The notes under the pieces: model-generated
The model's database searches: none
Told to the model about the DNA's origin: nothing
What the model saw: only the letters and a program-made list of their open reading frames with translations
From: Eledone cirrhosa
Lineage: Eukaryota
Direction of reading: 5' to 3'
Assembly (NCBI GenBank): GCA_964016885.1
Contig: OZ024741.1
Span: 248,310,001-248,374,000, forward strand
Length of the DNA: 64,000 nucleotides
In this document: positions 42,565 through 53,360 of the stretch, piece after piece
Numbering within the stretch: the first letter of the stretch is position 1
Layout: each line of letters starts with the position of its first letter
Position numbers and translations under genes: made by a program

Positions 42565-43914
42565 TTAATTGTAAGTTGTGATGTTGCTGTTCCACTCATA
42601 TTTTCTATTTAATTTTGGTTTTAATTCTTTTATGCTTACTGCCTCTGTAATTTGCCTAAACATTGCGTCTTTCTTGTGTGTGGATTCTATTTTTATTTCT
42701 ATGCTCTCTAATTTACCCCTGTGTTCTATCTTAGCATGTTGGTAGAGCACAGATGATTCTTTACTATCTTGGAGGTCTCGCCAGTGTTCATTTATTCGTT
42801 CCCCTATACTACGAGCTGTCTCACCTATGTACACTACATTTTTGTTTCTACATTGTCCTTCAGTACATCTTATGCTATATACTACATTTATAGTTTTACA
42901 GTTAATATGGGGGCTTATTTTACAGGTTATGCATTTCTTATCTATACATGAGGGTCTTTGGAACGGGTATGTCTTGCTAATAAGTGTTTTTACGGAGGTA
43001 CCAGGTCTTTCTACTATCTTAATATTGAGATTATGTTTCTTTAGGGCCCTTCTAAATTTGTAGGCTAGTTCGCCTCTAGGGGTTGTATTGATGAACATTA
43101 CACTCTGGTATTTATTGCTATCATACCATGAGTTTATTCTATTGGCCTTGTTCTTAGTTCTTTCTATTCTATTCCAAAATTTGCTCCTATACAAGGGGCA
43201 GGTCCCATTTATGTCATTATTTACCATTTTTTCCCATTTGGTTCTGGCTCCTTTATACACTCTGATTCTATCTCTCTGATTGTAGCCAGAGAACTGCATA
43301 CGGTGGATGAAGTGTTGTATGTGTCTCTCTAGTTCTTCGGGGTTGCACATGCGGGACACATTTCTCATCACCCGTACCAAATCCGCAATCAGTATGTTGA
43401 TTTTGGTATGGTCCGAAATGGCCGAGTTTCGGTGGATCAGATGTTTGGAAGTCATGGGTTTGGCATAATGGGAATGGAGGATTTGTTTTTGGTTGTTAAT
43501 AGTATCTAACCAGAGCTCTGTGTCTAGTACAGGTAATCGATGGTTGGGGTGTCTACTTGGGTAGTCTATAGTAACTCTAATGCTCTGGTGGATGGAGTTT
43601 GCTATTTGCTGGATGCTTTCCATTGTGTTTTTCTCTAGTTCCTGACTGTTCTTTAGTGGGGGTGTCTTAACTACGATGTTTATATCATCTACGTAGCGGG
43701 AGTACATTATCAGGGTTAAGCTGTCTTCTAATTGTTCATTAAGTTTTTGTTTAAGTCTACTGTCCCACCATACCATGAATAAGTTAGCTATGTCGCCTGC
43801 AATGCTAACACCAATGGCTGCTCCTTCCTCTTGGGCATATGTTTTACCATTAAATTTGAACATATGTTCCTTAAGGGTTAGTTTTATGCTGGCCCCTACC
43901 GCATGTGCAATCAT
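42565..43914 (-). CDS. PLE ORF C-terminal half: RT palm/thumb, Cys-rich linker, GIY-YIG endonuclease (5'-truncated)
   Basis: 449-aa ORF with RYVDD, LPVLD, CIDKKCITC...C and VVYIGETARS; N-terminal RT motifs absent. Confidence 0.85.
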   Translation of the reverse strand: MIAHAVGASIKLTLKEHMFKFNGKTYAQEEGAAIGVSIAGDIANLFMVWWDSRLKQKLNEQLEDSLTLIMYSRYVDDINIVVKTPPLKNSQELEKNTMESIQQIANSIHQSIRVTIDYPSRHPNHRLPVLDTELWLDTINNQKQILHSHYAKPMTSKHLIHRNSAISDHTKINILIADLVRVMRNVSRMCNPEELERHIQHFIHRMQFSGYNQRDRIRVYKGARTKWEKMVNNDINGTCPLYRSKFWNRIERTKNKANRINSWYDSNKYQSVMFINTTPRGELAYKFRRALKKHNLNIKIVERPGTSVKTLISKTYPFQRPSCIDKKCITCKISPHINCKTINVVYSIRCTEGQCRNKNVVYIGETARSIGERINEHWRDLQDSKESSVLYQHAKIEHRGKLESIEIKIESTHKKDAMFRQITEAVSIKELKPKLNRKYEWNSNITTYN

Positions 43915-43991
43915 TTTCTTCAGTTCATCGTGGTTTTCGGGTGTCCGTATGGCTCTGGTCCACCCGTTCCATCTATCTGTGTGGGTTTTCT

Positions 43992-45606
43992 GTGGAGAAA
44001 TGCGTCGAAATGATCAGCGAGAGCAAGGTTGAGTTCCGTGGGATTGATACCAGTGAGCTGGGACTTCTACTTAAGCTTACCCATAGTAATAGTTACCTAG
44101 ACACTTATGACCTTAGCAACCTGTGCCCTACAAGACCAGCAAGAGGCAGACCACCTACCATTACCTCAATGGCCAAGAAAACCCACACAGATAGATGGAA
44201 CGGGTGGACCAGAGCCATACGGACACCCGAAAACCACGATGAACTGAAGAAAATGATTGCACATGCGGTAGGGGCCAGCATAAAACTAACCCTTAAGGAA
44301 CATATGTTCAAATTTAATGGTAAAACATATGCCCAAGAGGAAGGAGCAGCCATTGGTGTTAGCATTGCAGGCGACATAGCTAACTTATTCATGGTATGGT
44401 GGGACAGTAGACTTAAACAAAAACTTAATGAACAATTAGAAGACAGCTTAACCCTGATAATGTACTCCCGCTACGTAGATGATATAAACATCGTAGTTAA
44501 GACACCCCCACTAAAGAACAGTCAGGAACTAGAGAAAAACACAATGGAAAGCATCCAGCAAATAGCAAACTCCATCCACCAGAGCATTAGAGTTACTATA
44601 GACTACCCAAGTAGACACCCCAACCATCGATTACCTGTACTAGACACAGAGCTCTGGTTAGATACTATTAACAACCAAAAACAAATCCTCCATTCCCATT
44701 ATGCCAAACCCATGACTTCCAAACATCTGATCCACCGAAACTCGGCCATTTCGGACCATACCAAAATCAACATACTGATTGCGGATTTGGTACGGGTGAT
44801 GAGAAATGTGTCCCGCATGTGCAACCCCGAAGAACTAGAGAGACACATACAACACTTCATCCACCGTATGCAGTTCTCTGGCTACAATCAGAGAGATAGA
44901 ATCAGAGTGTATAAAGGAGCCAGAACCAAATGGGAAAAAATGGTAAATAATGACATAAATGGGACCTGCCCCTTGTATAGGAGCAAATTTTGGAATAGAA
45001 TAGAAAGAACTAAGAACAAGGCCAATAGAATAAACTCATGGTATGATAGCAATAAATACCAGAGTGTAATGTTCATCAATACAACCCCTAGAGGCGAACT
45101 AGCCTACCTACAAATTTAGAAGGGCCCTAAAGAAACATAATCTCAATATTAAGATAGTAGAAAGACCTGGTACCTCCGTAAAAACACTTATTAGCAAGAC
45201 ATACCCGTTCCAAAGACCCTCATGTATAGATAAGAAATGCATAACCTGTAAAATAAGCCCCCATATTAACTGTAAAACTATAAATGTAGTATATAGCATA
45301 AGATGTACTGAAGGACAATGTAGAAACAAAAATGTAGTGTACATAGGTGAGACAGCTCGTAGTATAGGGGAACGAATAAATGAACACTGGCGAGACCTCC
45401 AAGATAGTAAAGAATCATCTGTGCTCTACCAACATGCTAAGATAGAACACAGGGGTAAATTAGAGAGCATAGAAATAAAAATAGAATCCACACACAAGAA
45501 AGACGCAATGTTTAGGCAAATTACAGAGGCAGTAAGCATAAAAGAATTAAAACCAAAATTAAATAGAAAATATGAGTGGAACAGCAACATCACAACTTAC
45601 AATTAA
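43992..45606 (+). pseudogene. PLE RT-GIY-YIG copy, frameshifted at ~45104
   Basis: Same protein as the minus copy plus ~60 extra N-terminal residues; AGCCTACCTACAAA versus AGCCTACAAA in the other arm. Confidence 0.9.
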
Positions 45607-45882
45607 GGACAAAATGAAAACACACACACACATAGAACAAACAACTTACAATTGAAAACACACACAAGACAAAATGAAAACACACACACACATAGAACAA
45701 ACAACCAACCAACAATAAATAAATAAATAAACAAACAAATAGAAAAATAGAAAAATGAACACAAACACACACACAGACACCCGGATGTGGCGCATGCGCA
45801 AACTGAGCACGCAACCCACACACAAACAAAATGGCGTAGGATAGAAGAAAGGAAAGGCACAGAAACGAAGAAAGAAATCCCC

Positions 45883-45927
45883 AGTCACTGAAGAGGTCAC
45901 AGAGTGTGTGACGAAAGAACTATGACT
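45883..45927 (+). ncRNA. Minimal type I hammerhead in PLE pseudo-LTR
   Basis: AGTCA-CTGAAGA-G-GTCACA/GAGTG/TGTGAC-GAAA-GAAC-TA-TGACT. Confidence 0.75.
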
Positions 45928-46116
45928 ATATATATATAAACAACTATCTGGTTGTGGAACCAACCAACCAACCAGAAATTTATAAATTTATAAATTTGTA
46001 AACTTATAAATATTTAATAAATTAAATTGAAGTGAAAGCAACTGGTGCGTGTGTTTCTTATTGGCAACATGACCCTCCCAAAGTATAACAATATATATAT
46101 ATATGTATATATATAT

Positions 46117-46254
46117 GCGCTGACCAGTCGCTGGATCCGTGCCAAAAGCAGAAAAATTATTATTAAAGTTGTTTTCTTAAGGCCCGGTCGCTGGTGATGG
46201 TGATGGCGGCGGCGGTGGCGGTGATGGTGGTGGTGGCAGTTGATGTTGTTGTGT

Positions 46255-46336
<82 letters not shown>

Positions 46337-46627
46337 TGTTATTTTGAGTTTTTTTGGGTTTTTTTCCCTTCCTTTTTTTATGTTTTGATGCCGCTGTTGT
46401 TGTTGTTGTAAATGTTCATTTCAGTTCATTCTGAAGCTGTTGTTGCTGTAAACATTAGTGCCGGTGTTGTTGTTGTTGTAGATGTTAGGGTTGAAATCTG
46501 GTCGTTTGACTGAGTGATGTATACACACACATATACATACACACACATATATATATATATACACATTCAACAGAGAGTAGAGAGTTTGACAACAGGTCGA
46601 TGACTTTAGTCTAGATAGGGTATACAT

Positions 46628-46659
<32 letters not shown>

Positions 46660-47169
46660 TCAACAGAGAGTAGAGAGTTTGACAACAGGTCGATGACTTT
46701 AGTCTAGATAGGATATACATATATATACATACATATATATATATATACACATTCAACAGAGAGTAGAGAGTTTGACAACAGATCGATGACTTTAGTCTAG
46801 ATAGGATATACATATATATACATACATATATATATATATACACATTCAACAGAGAGTAGAGAGTTTGACAACAGGTCGATGACTTTAGTCTAGATAGGGT
46901 ATGGTATGGTAATGACACGTGATGGTGGGCGAGAGAGTGTAGACGTTATATGTATATTATTATTGTTGTTGTCGTTATTATTATTATTGCTATTATTATT
47001 ATTATTGTTATTAATGTATGTGTGTGTATATGTGTGTGTATGTGTATGTATGTGTGTATGTATATATGTATGTATGTATATATATACTCTTTTACTCTTT
47101 TACCTGTTTCAGCCATCCGGCTGAGGCCATGCTGGGGCACCGCCCTTATATATATATATTTCTCTTTTT

Positions 47170-47218
<49 letters not shown>

Positions 47219-47440
47219 TTATTTTATTTATTTATTTTTTTATTTTATTTATTTATTTTTTTATTTTTTTATTTTTATTTTTTATTTTTTATTTTTTATT
47301 TTTTATTTTTTATTTTTTATTTTTTATTTTTTATTTTTTATTTTTTATTTTTTATTTTTTTATTTTTTATTTTTTATTTTATTTTATTTTTTTTTTATTT
47401 TTCTTCTCGTGCAATGGCCATACTCGATAACGAGGGGGCA

Positions 47441-47492
<52 letters not shown>

Positions 47493-48044
47493 ATACTTTG
47501 TATATGTATGTATATATATATGTATATATGTATATATATGTATATATGTTATACTTTGTATATGTATGTATATATATAATAATAATAGCAATAATAATAA
47601 TAACGACAACAACAATAATAATATACATATAACGTCTACACTCTCTCGCCCACCATCACGTGTCATTACCATACCATACCCTATCTAGACTAAAGTCATC
47701 GACCTGTTGTCAAACTCTCTACTCTCTGTTGAATGTGTATATATATATATATGTATATATATGTATATCCTATCTAGACTAAAGTCATCGACCTGTTGTC
47801 AAACTCTCTACTCTGTTGAATGTGTATATATATATATATGTGTGTGTATGTATATGTGTGTATATACATCACTCAGTCAAACGAGCAGATTTCAACCCCA
47901 ACATCTACAACAACAACAACACCGGCACTAATGTTTACAGCAACAACAGCTTCAGAATGAACTGAAATGAACATTTACAACAACAACAACAGCGGCATCA
48001 AAACATAAAAAACGGAAGGAAAAAAAAAAAAAACTCAAAATAAT

Positions 48045-48132
<88 letters not shown>

Positions 48133-48272
48133 ACACAACAACAACATCAACTGCCACCACCACGCCACCGCCGCCGCCGCCGCCATCACCATCACCAGCG
48201 ACCGGGCCTTAAGAAAACAACTTTAATAATAATTTTTCTGCTTTTGGCACGGATCCAGCGACTGGCCAGCGC
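46117..48272. repeat. Large inverted repeat containing a ~93-bp minisatellite (4 copies left, 2 right)
   Basis: GCGCTGACCAGTCGCTGGATCCGTGCC... at 46117 versus ...GGCACGGATCCAGCGACTGGCCAGCGC at 48272; arms ~46117-47000 and ~47577-48272. Confidence 0.9.
46945..47448 (+). mobile_element. 5'-truncated 3'UTR copy of the C2H2-RTE family, with an internal SINE-like fragment (47087-47146)
   Basis: Same microsatellite order and same terminus TCTCGTGCAATGGCCATACTCGATAACGAGGGGGCAGCCATCAT as 52915-53252. Confidence 0.75.
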
Positions 48273-48275
48273 ATC

Positions 48276-48378
48276 ACTGGTACTCTCTTTTGTTGACTCC
48301 GTGGGGATGAAGGGCAAGGTTGACCTCGGCGGGATTTGAGCTCAGAGCGTGGAGAGCCATAACTCTATGCTGTAAAGC
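48276..48378 (-). mobile_element. tRNA-like SINE fragment
   Basis: Reverse complement matches the body of the SINE at 49061 (CTGAGCTCAAATCCCGCCGAGGTCAACCTTGCCCTTCATCC...GTACCAGT). Confidence 0.75.
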
Positions 48379-48480
48379 AATTATAATAATACTGGACTGT
48401 AATACGATCGGCTTCAACTATACAAACTCTTGAAAGTCAACAGTTGACATAATCTTGTAATCTTGTATCAGTAATGACGG

Positions 48481-48583
<103 letters not shown>

Positions 48584-49060
48584 CGTGTAAGTGAGTAGAG
48601 TAGCGTGTGTGTGTGTGTTTGTTTGTATGTATGAGTGTTGCTGTGTGCGTGCATATGTATGCGTGTGTGTGTATGTCGTACGTATAAGTGTCAATAAGTG
48701 AGTTTTTTTTTTTTGTTTTTTTTTTTGTGCGGGGACATAGAAATAATCGGGCTGGATGCCCGATCGCGCAGTTAAACCACTGGGAGTGAAGAACCCCTAG
48801 CCCTTGTCAGGACACTCTTCTAGGAGAAGGCATCTCAGGAAACTGGGTTAACTCCGATATAAAACCTGCGGCTCAGTAGTTACCGATGATGTTGATCTTT
48901 TCTTCTTTTCGGGTTATAGCTACTGTCGCTCAGAGAGTGAGATTGGCTCAGTGCACAGTCTTTCCTCACTTTAAAAATATTCGTCACGCACAGGCATTGC
49001 ACGAGTGCATTAATAATTATTAATAGTGTACTATTATTATTATTATTATTATTATTACTA

Positions 49061-49277
49061 GGGTGGTGGATTGGCAGTATCGGTAGAGAGTCGGACGCCA
49101 TGCTTTGACGCATAGAGTTACGGCCCTTGCCATTCTGAGTTCAAATTCCGCCGAGGTTAACTTTGCCTTTCATCCTTACGGGGTCGATAAAATAAAGTAC
49201 CAGTAATGCACTGGGATAATTGCTGGCCTTGTGCCAAAAGTAGAAACAATTATTATTATTATTACTATTATTATTAC
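49061..49277 (+). mobile_element. tRNA-derived SINE with (ATT)n tail
   Basis: A-box-like TGGCAGTATCGG (~49072) and B-box-like GTTCAAATTCC (~49139); a second copy lies at 48276. Confidence 0.8.
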
Positions 49278-49308
49278 TTTTTTTTTTTTTTTTTTTTTTT
49301 CCAATTCA

Positions 49309-52300
49309 ATGATGTTCCAGAACAATGTAAAAGAGATATTTGGCAATTTAGGTTCTGGAACAAAAAAGATCATTGGCAATAAGGGCAGGGGCCCCAAGTT
49401 ATCACAGCCTGGGCCCGCTCGTCATCGTGCCATTGTAATAGAGCCAAACAGGGCATTTAGTCTTGGCTGCTGGAACGTACGGACGCTGCTTGACAGGGAT
49501 TCCTTGGAGCGTCCTGAACGAAGGACCGCTCTTGTTGCAAAGGAGCTTCGACGTTACAATCTTGACATCGTGGCTTTATCTGAGACGAGGTTAGCTGGAG
49601 ATGGTCATCTTACGGAATTTTGTGGAGAATATACATTCTTCTGGAAAGGAAGAGATGAAGGAACCAGAAGAGAGGCTGGGGTAGGATTTGCTGTTAAGAC
49701 TGTACTTGTGAATAAATTAGAAGAATTCCCAGTAGGGATTAGTGAGCGTCTTATGTCCATGAGAGTTCCGCTGGACAAGGGAAGATATGCTACCCTGGTG
49801 AGTATGTATGCTCCAACTATGAATTCTGTCGATGAAAAAAAATTGTCCTTTTACCATGCCTTGAAAGGTGTTCTAAGAAATATCCCTCAGGCAGACAAAG
49901 TCATCGTGCTTGGTGACTTTAATGCTAGAGTGGGTAGGGATTTTAACACATGGAATGTAATCGGAAGGCATGGGGTGGGAAAGTGTAACAGCAATGGTAT
50001 GCTGCAGATGTGTGAGGAGCTGGATCTGTGTGTTACCAACACCATGTTCCAACAAAAGAACAAATTCAAGACCACATGGATGCATCCTGCATCTAAGGAA
50101 TGGCATCTTTTGGACTACGTCCTAGTCAGGATGCGTGACAGACAGGATGTGCAGTGTGTTCGTGTTCTTCGTGGAGCTGAGTGCTGGACGGACCACAGTC
50201 TGGTACACGCAAAAGTGAAACTAATCACCAAACGTAAAATCCGGGCTCCTGGTGTTACCCTGCCCAAAAGATTGAATACTGCTCGTCTTAAGGATAAAAA
50301 TGTGAAGAGGGCATTGGAAGAAGAGATGCAGGCTGCAGATCTTGGTGAGGATTGGCCGACCCTTAAAAAGTCGGTTTATGATGTAGGCAGGCGTGTTCTG
50401 GGATTGGTGCAGAGAAAACATCAGGACTGGTTTAATGAGAATGATGTACATATAGAAGACTTGTTGGCTGATAAGAAGCGTGCTCTGTCACGCTACTTGA
50501 CGGCAAAACCACAGGAGAGGAATACGTTGCATGAGGAGCTCAGGGATGTAAAATCACGTGTTAGGCGGAGTCTTTCTCAGATGAAGGATCAGTGGTGGAG
50601 TGAGAAGGCTGATGAGATACAAACTGCGTCTGATTCCAATAACACAAAGCTGTTGTACAGTCTCTTGCGTGAGGTTTATGGACCGTCTTCTTCTCTGGTG
50701 ACACCGATTCGCAGCAAGGATGGAAAAGAACTTCTTCGTGATTCACAGGGAATTCTACGAAGGTGGCGAGAGCACTTTGATGATCTTTTGAATCAGCCGT
50801 CTGTCGTCAGTGAAGATTTCCTCAATCTCATTCCAGAAAGTCCTGTGAAAGTAGCTCTCGCAGAACCTCCGACGCTTGTGGAGGTTGCAGTGGCTATTTC
50901 GAAGCTGAACAGTGGAAGATCTCCAGGTATGGATGGCATACATGCTGAGCTCCTACAATATGGTGGTGAGAGACTCCTGCAACATCTTCACTCTTTGTTT
51001 GGAGGGATATGGGCTAATGAATCCGTACCTGAGGACTGGAGAGATGCAGTAATGGTGGTCTTGTACAAGGGAAAGGGTAACAGGAATGATTGTGGGAACT
51101 ACAGAGGTATATCATTGCTTTCTGTCGTAGGGAAAGTTTTATGTAGGGTGCTTCTGGACCGTCTGCTGACACACATTGCAGATTGTGTTCTTCCTGAAAG
51201 TCAATCTGGTTTTCGTGCTGGACGCGGCACTACTGATATGATCTTCTCAGCTAGACAGCTCCAGGAGAAGTGCATTGAACAAGGCTTGGATCTGTATCAG
51301 GTTTTTGTCGATCTGACAAAGGCTTTCGATACTGTCAACAGAGATGCATTATGGAAGGTTCTCCAGAAACTTGGTTGCCCTGATAAGTTCCTTGCTTTAG
51401 TTAGGTCTTTCCATGACGACATGAAGGCTTGGGTTAATGTCGGAGGTAACATGTCGGAGCCTATCTCAGTAAAAAATGGAGTGAAACAGGGGGATATTCC
51501 AGCACCGACCCTGTTTGCCATATACTTTGCAATGGTTTTCTGTATTGCATTCAGGAATTGCGAGCATGGTGTTTACATCCGATATCGAACCTCAGGCAGC
51601 ATATTTAACATCAGGCGCTTTGCTGCGAAGACAAAAGTATTTACATCAATCATAAGAGACCTCTTGTATGCAGATGATTGCGATCTTGTAGCGCACACAG
51701 AGAGTGATGTGCAGCACATTTTGAATGCATTTTCTGACGCTTGCACTGCCCTGGGTTTGACTGTCAGTCTCAAGAAAACCGTCGTCATGTACCAACCTGC
51801 CCCTGGTAAGCAGTACACTGAACCAAACATCTATGTGTATGGCAAACGACTTGGAGTGGTTGATCAGTTTGTCTACCTGGGAAGCACTGTCAATCGATAC
51901 GGCAACCTTGACGGTGAAATCTCACTTAGGATTAGGAAAGCAAGTGATGCTTTCGGAAAGCTAGAAAGGCGACTCTGGGGTCGGCAAGACATATGCAGGA
52001 GGACAAAGGTAAAGGTGTACAGGGCATGTGTACTCTCTTGTCTTCTTTATGCCTGCGAGACCTGGGTCACATATCGACACCACCTTAAGCAATTGGAGCG
52101 TTTCCATCAGATGTGTCTCAGACGGATCCATGGCGTTCACTGGAGGAACCACATCAGTGATGTCGAGATTTTGGAAAGCTCTATGTGTGACAGTATAGAA
52201 GCTCTTGTGCTTAAGCAACGACTCCGTTGGAGTGGTCACCTTGCCAGGATGAAGGATTCTAGAATACCAAAACAACTCTTCTATGGAGAGTTGGTTAAAG

Positions 52301-52818
52301 GAAAACGACCGCCACATAAACCAAAAAAGAGGTATAAGGATTCCTTGAAAGCCTCTCTGAAAGACGCTAACATCTCTGCTGATACATGGGAAAATATTGC
52401 TGCTGATCGTAATAAATGGAGAAAGACTGTATATGAGGGAAAAGTTACCTTTGAGGCATCTCGAATCGCACACGAGAAAGTAAAGCGGGATGTGAGGAAG
52501 GGCATTGCTGTTGCACTTCCAGACGGCGAGGGTCGTCCTATGGTGCTGACATGCAGCGTCTGTGTGAGACTCTGCCTAAGCAAAGCTGGACTCGAAAGTC
52601 ATCTTCGCAGTCATAAAGTAAGACCAGTGGTTGACTACCAGGCTGCTGTTGGAGATGCTACTCATCATGCTTGCCAAACATGTGGTAGAGAATGTAAATC
52701 AGCAGTAGGGCTCAAGCGACATGCAAAAGTACACGAACTCCAACCACAGCCGACTATTCCCAGTGAATGTTTTGGTTGCCGCTCTGTGCAAGACATTTTA
52801 GATCATTGGCTGGACTAA
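49309..52818 (+). CDS. RTE ORF: AP endonuclease, reverse transcriptase, C-terminal C2H2 zinc fingers
   Basis: WNVRTL, LSETR, GDFNA, LDYVL, TDH; NYRGISLL, QSGFR, FVDLTKAFD, VKQG, LLYADD, FVYLG, RLRWSGHLARM; CSVC..H..H and CQTC..H...H. The tracked start at 49231 lies in the SINE tail; the first in-frame ATG is 49309. Confidence 0.93.
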   Translation: MMFQNNVKEIFGNLGSGTKKIIGNKGRGPKLSQPGPARHRAIVIEPNRAFSLGCWNVRTLLDRDSLERPERRTALVAKELRRYNLDIVALSETRLAGDGHLTEFCGEYTFFWKGRDEGTRREAGVGFAVKTVLVNKLEEFPVGISERLMSMRVPLDKGRYATLVSMYAPTMNSVDEKKLSFYHALKGVLRNIPQADKVIVLGDFNARVGRDFNTWNVIGRHGVGKCNSNGMLQMCEELDLCVTNTMFQQKNKFKTTWMHPASKEWHLLDYVLVRMRDRQDVQCVRVLRGAECWTDHSLVHAKVKLITKRKIRAPGVTLPKRLNTARLKDKNVKRALEEEMQAADLGEDWPTLKKSVYDVGRRVLGLVQRKHQDWFNENDVHIEDLLADKKRALSRYLTAKPQERNTLHEELRDVKSRVRRSLSQMKDQWWSEKADEIQTASDSNNTKLLYSLLREVYGPSSSLVTPIRSKDGKELLRDSQGILRRWREHFDDLLNQPSVVSEDFLNLIPESPVKVALAEPPTLVEVAVAISKLNSGRSPGMDGIHAELLQYGGERLLQHLHSLFGGIWANESVPEDWRDAVMVVLYKGKGNRNDCGNYRGISLLSVVGKVLCRVLLDRLLTHIADCVLPESQSGFRAGRGTTDMIFSARQLQEKCIEQGLDLYQVFVDLTKAFDTVNRDALWKVLQKLGCPDKFLALVRSFHDDMKAWVNVGGNMSEPISVKNGVKQGDIPAPTLFAIYFAMVFCIAFRNCEHGVYIRYRTSGSIFNIRRFAAKTKVFTSIIRDLLYADDCDLVAHTESDVQHILNAFSDACTALGLTVSLKKTVVMYQPAPGKQYTEPNIYVYGKRLGVVDQFVYLGSTVNRYGNLDGEISLRIRKASDAFGKLERRLWGRQDICRRTKVKVYRACVLSCLLYACETWVTYRHHLKQLERFHQMCLRRIHGVHWRNHISDVEILESSMCDSIEALVLKQRLRWSGHLARMKDSRIPKQLFYGELVKGKRPPHKPKKRYKDSLKASLKDANISADTWENIAADRNKWRKTVYEGKVTFEASRIAHEKVKRDVRKGIAVALPDGEGRPMVLTCSVCVRLCLSKAGLESHLRSHKVRPVVDYQAAVGDATHHACQTCGRECKSAVGLKRHAKVHELQPQPTIPSECFGCRSVQDILDHWLD

Positions 52819-53098
52819 AAAGCCACATTCGATCGCAGCACTGTTAGTTGCTATCGTGTGTGTGTGTGTGTGTGTGTAGATATGCTTATGTGCGTGTGTG
52901 TGTATATATATATGAATATGTATATTATTATTGTTGTTGTCGTTATTATTATTATTGCTATTATTCTTGCTATTATTATTATTATTATTATTATTGTTAT
53001 TAATGTATGTGTGTGTATATGTGTGTGTGTATGTGTATGTATGTGTGTATGTATATATGTATGTGTGTATATATATATATATTTCTTTCTTTTTTTTT

Positions 53099-53137
<39 letters not shown>

Positions 53138-53360
53138 TTATTTTATTTATTTATTTATTTTTTATTTTTTATTTATTTATTTATTTATTTATTTTAATTT
53201 TTTTTTCATCTCGTGCAATGGCCATACTCGATAACGAGGGGGCAGCCATCATGTATATATATATATGTATGTATATATATATATGTATATATATGTATGT
53301 ATATATATATATATATATACATGTATATATATATATATATATGTATGTATATATATATAT

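Larger units (their letters stand above)
42021..46094. mobile_element. Penelope-like element (PLE): two 5'-truncated copies forming a ~4-kb palindrome in TA microsatellite
   Basis: Arm 42077-43991 is the reverse complement of 44176-46094 (4-bp CCTA duplication on the right); spacer 43992-44175 is extra RT sequence. RT motifs QEEGAAIG and YSRYVDD; GIY-YIG motif VVY...YIGETARS...R...EH. Confidence 0.95.
48725..53252 (+). mobile_element. Near-intact RTE-clade LINE (5'UTR interrupted by a SINE; microsatellite-rich 3'UTR)
   Basis: 5'UTR-like segment 48725-49010; single long ORF; terminal CTCG-ATAA-CGAG hairpin and CATCAT tail. Confidence 0.85.

Noticed and set aside
46561-46900. Regularly spaced ~60-bp repeats resembling a CRISPR array
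   Set aside because: Spacers are TA microsatellite rather than unique sequence; eukaryotic context and no cas genes.
49231-49308. N-terminal poly-Ile/Phe extension of the 1195-aa ORF
   Set aside because: Derived from the SINE (ATT)n tail and a T-run; not a real signal or transmembrane segment.
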